Notes under the pieces: generated by a model
What the model was told of the DNA's origin: nothing
The model's input: only the letters and a program-made list of their open reading frames with translations
The model's database searches: none
Translations under genes and position numbers: made by a program
Shown: positions 57,790 through 64,000 of the stretch, piece after piece
Layout: each line of letters starts with the position of its first letter
How positions within the stretch are numbered: the stretch's first letter is position 1
Assembly (NCBI GenBank): GCA_965205505.1
Contig: CBDBHB010000007.1
Span: 640,001 to 704,000 of the forward strand
Direction: 5' to 3'
Source: Acidobacteriota bacterium
Lineage (GTDB): Bacteria > Acidobacteriota > UBA890 > WLXD01
DNA length: 64,000 nt

Positions 57790-59598
57790 ATGACCGCTCG
57801 GGTGCCGCGCCGCGGCGAGCTCCGTTGGGCGTTGGCCTACGTGGTGCCGTACTGGCATCGCCTGGTGCTGGTCATCGTGCTCAGCTTCGCCAGCACGCTG
57901 GTGTCGCTCTATGTGCCCTACCTGTCTAAAGACCTCGTCGACAACGCCCTCCTGGGACAGAACATGGGCGCGCTGGTGCGCATCATCGCTCTGTTCGGCA
58001 TCGCCACGTTGCTGGGCTTCGCGATCAACTTGGTCAGTGGACTGCGCTACACACGCGTGTCGGCCGAGATCCTCTTCGACATGCGGCTCGATCTGTACCG
58101 CCACATGCAGCGGCTGTCACCACGCTTCTACGCCCATGCCAAGCTCGGCGACGTCGTGTCGCGCATCAACAACGACATTGGTGAGATCCAGCGCATCGCC
58201 GCCGAGACGGCGCTCGCCTGGGTCGGCAACATCCTGTTTCTCGTCGGAACCGTGGCGGTGATGATCTGGCTCGACGCCCGGCTGTTCGCGGTGAGCGTGG
58301 TCCTGATGCCGATCAGCATGGTCGCCCTGGTCTACTACCGACGACGGCTCGAGACCAAGGTGCTGACGATGCGCGAGCGCAGTGCCGACATCGGCAACTT
58401 TCTGATCGAGACGCTACAGGGCATGAAGCTCATCGTGTCGTCCAACGCGCAATCGCGTGAGGAGGGCCGGTTCCGTGGCAAGAACGATGCCTTCATTGAG
58501 GCGCTCATGGGCATGCGACGGCTCAGCTACCTGGCCGGCGGCCTGCCCGGGCTGATCCTCTCCGCCGGCACTGCGGTCGTCTTCCTGTATGGGGGCAGCC
58601 GGGTTATCGCCGGCGCCATCACGATGGGAGATCTGGTCGCATTCATGGCGTATCAAACACGGCTGCTCTCGCCGGTGCAGGGCTTGATGGGCTTGTACAC
58701 GAACCTGGCGACGGCGCGGGTATCGCTGGGTCGCGTGCACGAGATTCTCGACACGCCGATCGAGGTGACCGAGCGTGACGATGCCATCGCGCTCGATGAG
58801 GCGCGCGGCGAGGTCGAGCTCGAAGGGGTGAGCTTCACGTTCGACCGTGGTAACGCGGTGCTCGACGACGTGACGCTGTCGGTAAGGCCCGGCGAGGTGG
58901 TCGCCATCGTCGGACCGAGCGGCGGTGGCAAATCGACCGTCGTCGATCTGCTGCTACGCCATCTCGACCCCGACGAAGGAGATGTGCGCCTCGATGGACA
59001 CCGACTGCGCGATCTTCGTCTCGACGACGTGCGCCGCCACGTCGTGGCGGTAGAGCAGGAGCCGTTCCTGTTCAACACCTCCATCGCGGAAAACATCCGC
59101 TACGCGCGGCCCGGCGCGAGCGACGATCAGGTGCGCGACGCCGCCCGATCAGCGGGCATCGCGGCGTTTATCGACAGCCTGCCCGACGGCTACGACACAG
59201 TGGTCGGCGAGCGCGGTATGGCCATATCGGCCGGCGAGCGCCAGCGCATCGCGATCGCTCGCGCGTTTCTCGCCGATCCGGCGGTGCTGGTGCTCGACGA
59301 GGCCACCGCATCGCTCGATCCGGTATCGGAGCGCCACGTCATCGACAGCTATGAGGCGATCATGCGCGGACGCACCACGCTGCTGATCTCGCATCGCTAC
59401 GAAATGGCGCGCCGTGCCGACCGTGTGGTGGTAGTGGACGGCGCGCGCATCGTCGAGCAGGGAGCGCCGGAGGCACTGGCGGCGACGGCAGGAGCGTTCT
59501 CGGCGCTATTCGCCACCGACACAGAGCGGCCAGATGCGCGGCCGGAAGCGACGCCGGCCCGCGACGCCGACCAGCCGAAGGGCCGCTCCCTCTCGTGA
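57790..59598 (+). CDS. qhpF: Fused ABC exporter (TMD+NBD)
   Basis: GPSGGGKS, ISAGERQR, LVLDEAT, SHR; located within the qhp cluster. Confidence 0.85.
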   Translation: MTARVPRRGELRWALAYVVPYWHRLVLVIVLSFASTLVSLYVPYLSKDLVDNALLGQNMGALVRIIALFGIATLLGFAINLVSGLRYTRVSAEILFDMRLDLYRHMQRLSPRFYAHAKLGDVVSRINNDIGEIQRIAAETALAWVGNILFLVGTVAVMIWLDARLFAVSVVLMPISMVALVYYRRRLETKVLTMRERSADIGNFLIETLQGMKLIVSSNAQSREEGRFRGKNDAFIEALMGMRRLSYLAGGLPGLILSAGTAVVFLYGGSRVIAGAITMGDLVAFMAYQTRLLSPVQGLMGLYTNLATARVSLGRVHEILDTPIEVTERDDAIALDEARGEVELEGVSFTFDRGNAVLDDVTLSVRPGEVVAIVGPSGGGKSTVVDLLLRHLDPDEGDVRLDGHRLRDLRLDDVRRHVVAVEQEPFLFNTSIAENIRYARPGASDDQVRDAARSAGIAAFIDSLPDGYDTVVGERGMAISAGERQRIAIARAFLADPAVLVLDEATASLDPVSERHVIDSYEAIMRGRTTLLISHRYEMARRADRVVVVDGARIVEQGAPEALAATAGAFSALFATDTERPDARPEATPARDADQPKGRSLS

Positions 59599-60305
59599 GA
59601 TATCGCCTCGACAAGGCTCCGTTTGACAGCAACGGAGACGGTGTCCGAGTAGCGATCATCGACAGCGGCATCAACACCGACAACCCACATATCACAGCGT
59701 ATGCGTCGGGTGTGGCGATTGACCGAGACGGCGGCGAACACGATGACGTGCTCGACCGAATCGGCCACGGAACGGCGGTGGCGGCGGCAATCCAGGAAAA
59801 AGCGCCGGGTGCGGAGTTGCATGTTGTGCGGGTGTTCGAGACCTCGCTGTCGACCAGCGCCGCCAACCTGGCCCGCGCCATCGACTGGGCCGCAACGCAG
59901 CACCTGCAGATCGCCAACCTCAGCCTCGGCACGCCCCGTCGCGAGCACGCCGAGCTGCTGCGCGATGCCGTGCTCCGCGCCCGCGACGCGGGCTTGCTGG
60001 TGGTCTCAGCACGGAGTCACCGCGCCACGCGCTGGTGGCCGGGAAGCCTGCCCGAGGTCGTCGGCGTCGTCGCCGACGCTGAGTGTGACCGCGACGAGAT
60101 CATCGTCGACAGCGGAGTGCCCGGCGTCGGCTTGACGCTGCGGACGTCGCCGTTGCCGCGGCCGATCCCGGGGGTGCCCGCGGAGCGCAACGTGCGCGGC
60201 ATCAGCTTCGCGGTGGCCAATGCGACGGGGTTCCTCGCCCGTGCGGTGGCGTCGAGCGCCGGATCCGATTGGTTGCAGGAATCCCTCGAGCGCGTCGGCG
60301 GCTGA
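59595..60305 (+). CDS. qhpE: Short subtilisin-like leader peptidase
   Basis: VAIIDSG, GHGTAVA, GISFA catalytic triad; GTGA overlap. Confidence 0.85.
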   Translation: MRYRLDKAPFDSNGDGVRVAIIDSGINTDNPHITAYASGVAIDRDGGEHDDVLDRIGHGTAVAAAIQEKAPGAELHVVRVFETSLSTSAANLARAIDWAATQHLQIANLSLGTPRREHAELLRDAVLRARDAGLLVVSARSHRATRWWPGSLPEVVGVVADAECDRDEIIVDSGVPGVGLTLRTSPLPRPIPGVPAERNVRGISFAVANATGFLARAVASSAGSDWLQESLERVGG

Positions 60306-60334
60306 GGCGACGATCGCGAGCCGCTAGTGTCCTG

Positions 60335-61624
60335 CTAGTCGAACGACCAGCGTGTCAGCATGTCCCCGGCCTTCACGAGCAGGTCGCCGTCGTGGATTAG
60401 CGGGTATGCCCAGACCGCAGCGTCGGCAACTGTGTACTCGGCGATGAGCTCGAGACCCGGCCTCGTACGGCGAGCAATGTGGAGGTCCCCCTCGTTCATG
60501 ACGAAGAAGACGTAGTCGCCGGCCGCCAGCACCGAGCCGTTTTCGCCGGAGCGGCCGTCGGTGATCCAGAGCGCTTCCCCGGTAGCCGGGTCGAGTGCGA
60601 ATAGCTGACCCTTGCGCTGGCCGGAAACACCGAACAGCTCGGTGCCCTCGAGCACGAAGTTACTCCAGAAGGGCTTGATCTCGTCGTTCTTCCACACGGT
60701 GTCCACTTTCCAGCCATCGGTGCGATTCGTCGGTGCGACGGCCTCCGTCCCATGCCGGATCCCAGCGATGATCACCACCTGCTCAGCGACGATCGGCGAC
60801 GGGATGTTCGTCGAGCACGATCCCGGCACCCCGTGCAATGGGTGCCTCCAGAGGAGCGTGCCGTCGGCCGCGTCGAGCGCCACAGCAGCTTCATCGGTCA
60901 TCGTGATGATCTGCCGAACGCTGTCGATCGTCGCCAGCACCGGCGAAGCATTGCCCGCCGCCGGGCCGGTCCAAGCCCACACCGTCTCGCCGCTCTCGAG
61001 GCTCAACGCGAACACCTCGCCGGAATCGTCGTCACCGATCTGCAGGACGACCCGATCGTCGACGATCAGCGGCGACGACGAGGCACCGCAGGATCGCTCG
61101 ACCTCGACGATGCGATCACCAAAATCACGCCGCCAGCGCAGATCACCCGACTCGGCGTCGTACGCCGAAGCGATCCCATGAACTCCGAAGGTATACAGAC
61201 CACCCTCATGCAGTACGGGTGTCGCATAGGGCCCCTCCCCCTCGCTCGCCGCGAACTCCGGCGCCTTGGTCGTAGGAGCGTCGTATTGGTCACTCCAGAC
61301 GAGGTCGCCAGTAGCGAAGTCGAGCGCCGAAATCACCTCACGCTGGTCGACGCGACTGTGGACATAGATCGCCGTACCATTCGTTATCGGCGACGCATAG
61401 CCGGCGCCGACGCTCGTATTCCAGACTGCCGAGGGCGCATCGGGCCATTCATCCGGCCCCGAGAAGTTCTCCACAACGCCGTCGCGGTTCGGGCCGCGGA
61501 ACTGTCCCCAGGCAGTGCCTAGTTGTGGGACCTCCGTTGCGCCGCACGACAGCACCAATGCGGATGCAACCAACAGAACGACGGCACGTGGGACGAGCGC
61601 ATCCCGATCAGGGGTGTTTCGCAT
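60335..61624 (-). CDS. PQQ-like/BamB-like beta-propeller lipoprotein
   Basis: Lipobox VLSC, WGQFRGPNRDG, repeated ALD..TG..W motifs. Confidence 0.85.
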   Translation of the reverse strand: MRNTPDRDALVPRAVVLLVASALVLSCGATEVPQLGTAWGQFRGPNRDGVVENFSGPDEWPDAPSAVWNTSVGAGYASPITNGTAIYVHSRVDQREVISALDFATGDLVWSDQYDAPTTKAPEFAASEGEGPYATPVLHEGGLYTFGVHGIASAYDAESGDLRWRRDFGDRIVEVERSCGASSSPLIVDDRVVLQIGDDDSGEVFALSLESGETVWAWTGPAAGNASPVLATIDSVRQIITMTDEAAVALDAADGTLLWRHPLHGVPGSCSTNIPSPIVAEQVVIIAGIRHGTEAVAPTNRTDGWKVDTVWKNDEIKPFWSNFVLEGTELFGVSGQRKGQLFALDPATGEALWITDGRSGENGSVLAAGDYVFFVMNEGDLHIARRTRPGLELIAEYTVADAAVWAYPLIHDGDLLVKAGDMLTRWSFD

Positions 61625-61653
61625 CGGCGTAGCTTACTACCAGCAACGCTTCC

Positions 61654-63508
61654 CTATTCCGCTCGCAGAGACCTGACCGGATCCAAGGCGATGGCGCGCC
61701 GGGCCGGCAGCAGGCTCGCGATCAGGGCGACGGTGCCGAGAACCGCGGCTGCTCCGAAATAGGTCAGCGGATCCATGGCGCCCACACCGAACAGCAGCGA
61801 CGAAACCAGCCGGCTGAGGCCCATCGCAGCCACCAGGCCGAGGACGATCCCGACACCAACCCAAGCCATACCCTGTACAATGACCCAGCGCGCCACGTCC
61901 ATACCGCGAGCACCGAGCGCCATTCGGATGCCGATCTCGCGAGCCCGTTGCGCCACGGCGTTGGACACCACGCCGTATACGCCAATGGCGGCGAGGAGCA
62001 GCGCCAGGCCGACGAGCAACGCCGAGAACCGCGGTTGCGACACCGACCGCCCCATGAGCCCATCCAGCGTCGTAACACCCTCGATCGTCTGATCCGGGTT
62101 GATCTCCCAGATAGCCGCGTGAATATTCGATAGTAGCGGCACAGGGTCGCTTTCGGTGCGCACGACAAGCGTCATGCCGACTCGTGTGACTTGCCGGAGC
62201 GAGGTGTAGACAACGTTGCGGATCTCCTCGTCCAGACTGGACTGACGCACGTCGCCGACCACGCCGATGACCTCGAGTTCGATGTAGTCGTTGGCAATCC
62301 GCTGCCCGACCGGGTTCTCGTCGGGCCAGAACCGGTCGGCCATACTCTGGTTGATAACGCCCATCAACCGGTCGAGTGAGCGATCATCGGCCGCGGTGAA
62401 GTCACGCCCGGCGATCCACGGTACCCCCATGGCTTCGAAGACACCCGCGGACGCGAAGCGCAACACCGCGGCCGGCTCCTGCCCCTCGACTGGCAGCGGT
62501 TGCCCGACCACGGTGAACCGGAAGTCCTCCCCCTGGACTGTGTCTGGTGCCAACGGCATGGGTCGCACGAGACCCGCGGACGCTACGCCGGGAACCTGGC
62601 GAACGCTTTCGAGCACCTCGAGGAAGAACTGCTGTATCTCCTCGCTGGTGGCGTACTTGTCGCCGGGCACGGTTACCTGCATCGATACGGCACGCTCGGC
62701 GTCGAAGCCCGGGTCGACGCTGATCAGGTTGTCCAGGCTACGGAGCAGCAAGCCGGCTCCAATCCCACCAGCGCAGCTTCGGCGGCGATGAGCGCGCCGC
62801 GCATGCGGCTGTGGCCGCGGGTCTCCGCACCGCTGCCGCCCGCCATGCGGATCTCGGCCTGAAGATCGCCACGCCAGGCGCGCCAGGCGAGGGCGAGCCC
62901 GAACAGCACACCCGTAGCCAACGCCGCCACCGAGGTAAAGAGCAGCGTAGCCGGGTCGAGTCCCACCTCGCCGAGTCGCGGAACCGCAACCGGAGCCACT
63001 GCTATCAGCCCACGCAACACCAGTGCGCCCAGCGCCGTGCCGGCGGCACCCCCGACCGCCGCGAGCAGCACCGCCTCGGTCATCAGCTGTCGGGCCAGGC
63101 GAGATCGGCTGGCGCCGAGGGCCGCTCGCACGGCGAACTCGCGCGTGCGCGCCTGCGCCCGCACCAACATCAGGTTGGCAACATTGGCACAGCAGATCAG
63201 CAGCACCGTGCCCACCGCGGCCAACAGGACCAGCAAGCCAGCTCGAGCGCCCCCCGTCAGTTGATCATGCAGCGGCACGAGCCGCACCTCGGTGAGCTGA
63301 TCGTTGGATTCCGGGTACTCGGCCGCCAGGCGGCGCGCCACCGTCGTGAGCTCGGCCTGCGCCGCCGCGAGGCTCACTCCAGGACTCATACGGCCGACCG
63401 CGGCGAGGAAGCGAACGCCGCGCTGACGGGGAATGCCGCTTTCCGGAATGAGCGACAAAGGCACCCAGATCTCCGCGTCTGCCGACGGGTAATCGAAGCC
63501 CGGCGGCC
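61654..63508 (-). pseudogene. ADOP-like permease, 5'-truncated and frameshifted
   Basis: Homology starts abruptly at PPGFDYP (about 63508). Frameshift/deletion near 62765 between AAEAAL and IGAGLLLRSL. Intact C-terminus PARRAIALDPVRSLRAE. Confidence 0.85.
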
Positions 63509-63860
63509 ACTCTTCCACAAAGGCGGAGCGCCTCAGTGGATCGTTGAGCCGCGTCCCGACGGAACACTGGAGCGCCGCTTCGCGGGCGATCTTCCAGAGG
63601 TCTTCCTGGCTTTCGCGGCCGCGATCCTCGTTCGCTGGTGGCCTCAGCTACAGAAATGTGCCCATGACCCCTGCGGCACACGGTTCTTGCCGCATCACGG
63701 GCGCCAGCGTTACCACGAGCCTGCCTGTCGGCAGGCCGCGTACAGGGCCCGCAACCAGCGCGACTACGCCGCAGAGCACGAGCAGCGAGTGAGGCGAGAG
63801 AGCGGAAACCCGAATCTACAGACCCAAAAGCGCGACAAGACGCAGGCAACCGAGAGGTAG
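63509..63860 (+). pseudogene. 5'-truncated zinc-finger (CGNR-like) protein gene upstream of the integrase
   Basis: Tail of ORF 62811..63860: LQKCAHDPCGTRF..GRQRYHEPACRQAAYRAR; stops 5 nt before the integrase ATG. Confidence 0.55.
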
Positions 63861-63865
63861 GGAAA

Positions 63866-64000
63866 ATGGGCTTCATCCTCAGGCGGGAGCTCCGTGATGG
63901 AGCCCCCCGCTACGATGCACGCTGGCGAGACGGCACGGGCAAACAGCATGTCAAGACGTTCAACCGCAAGCGCGACGCCCAGCGTTTCCTGAGCGAGACA
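63866..64000 (+). mobile_element. N-terminus of a probable phage/ICE tyrosine integrase (runs off the right edge)
   Basis: Not in the ORF track: MGFILRRELRDGAPRYDARWRDGTGKQHVKTFNRKRDAQRFLSET resembles an arm-binding domain. Purine-rich RBS. Catalytic domain not visible. Confidence 0.65.

Noticed and set aside
63883-63910. GC hairpin early in the integrase ORF as a terminator or att site
   Set aside because: It lies within coding sequence, has no U tract and has no second copy in the window.

Overview
GC-rich bacterial chromosomal window. Several MacB/FtsX-type 'duplicated orphan' permeases, a cytochrome-c PSD/DUF1552/ankyrin triad and many exported hydrolases suggest an Acidobacteria-like heterotroph (inference). 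Recognisable systems: a complete quinohemoprotein amine dehydrogenase cluster (qhpG-A-D-C-B-F-E, 51.5-60.3 kb) with a divergent gamma subunit; a SELENBP1-type methanethiol-oxidase-like gene with a [2Fe-2S] ferredoxin and a CoA-binding protein; comDE-like decarboxylase subunits; cysE-cysK; prpE; an ATPase-less metal uptake operon; two ECF sigma/anti-sigma modules; a nucleotidyltransferase/small-protein pair; and the start of a tyrosine integrase at the right edge. Structure not explained by the genes: a 31-bp CTAG-capped hairpin repeat (5 full copies plus partials) at gene boundaries that brackets one gene as a 30/31 inverted repeat; a beta-lactamase-family hydrolase fused to a DMSP-lyase-like cupin; an uncharacterised two-gene module whose lipoprotein appears to start at CTG; and about eight broken or remnant genes. 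No tRNA, rRNA or CRISPR array was seen. All family assignments come from reading motifs by eye, not from database searches.
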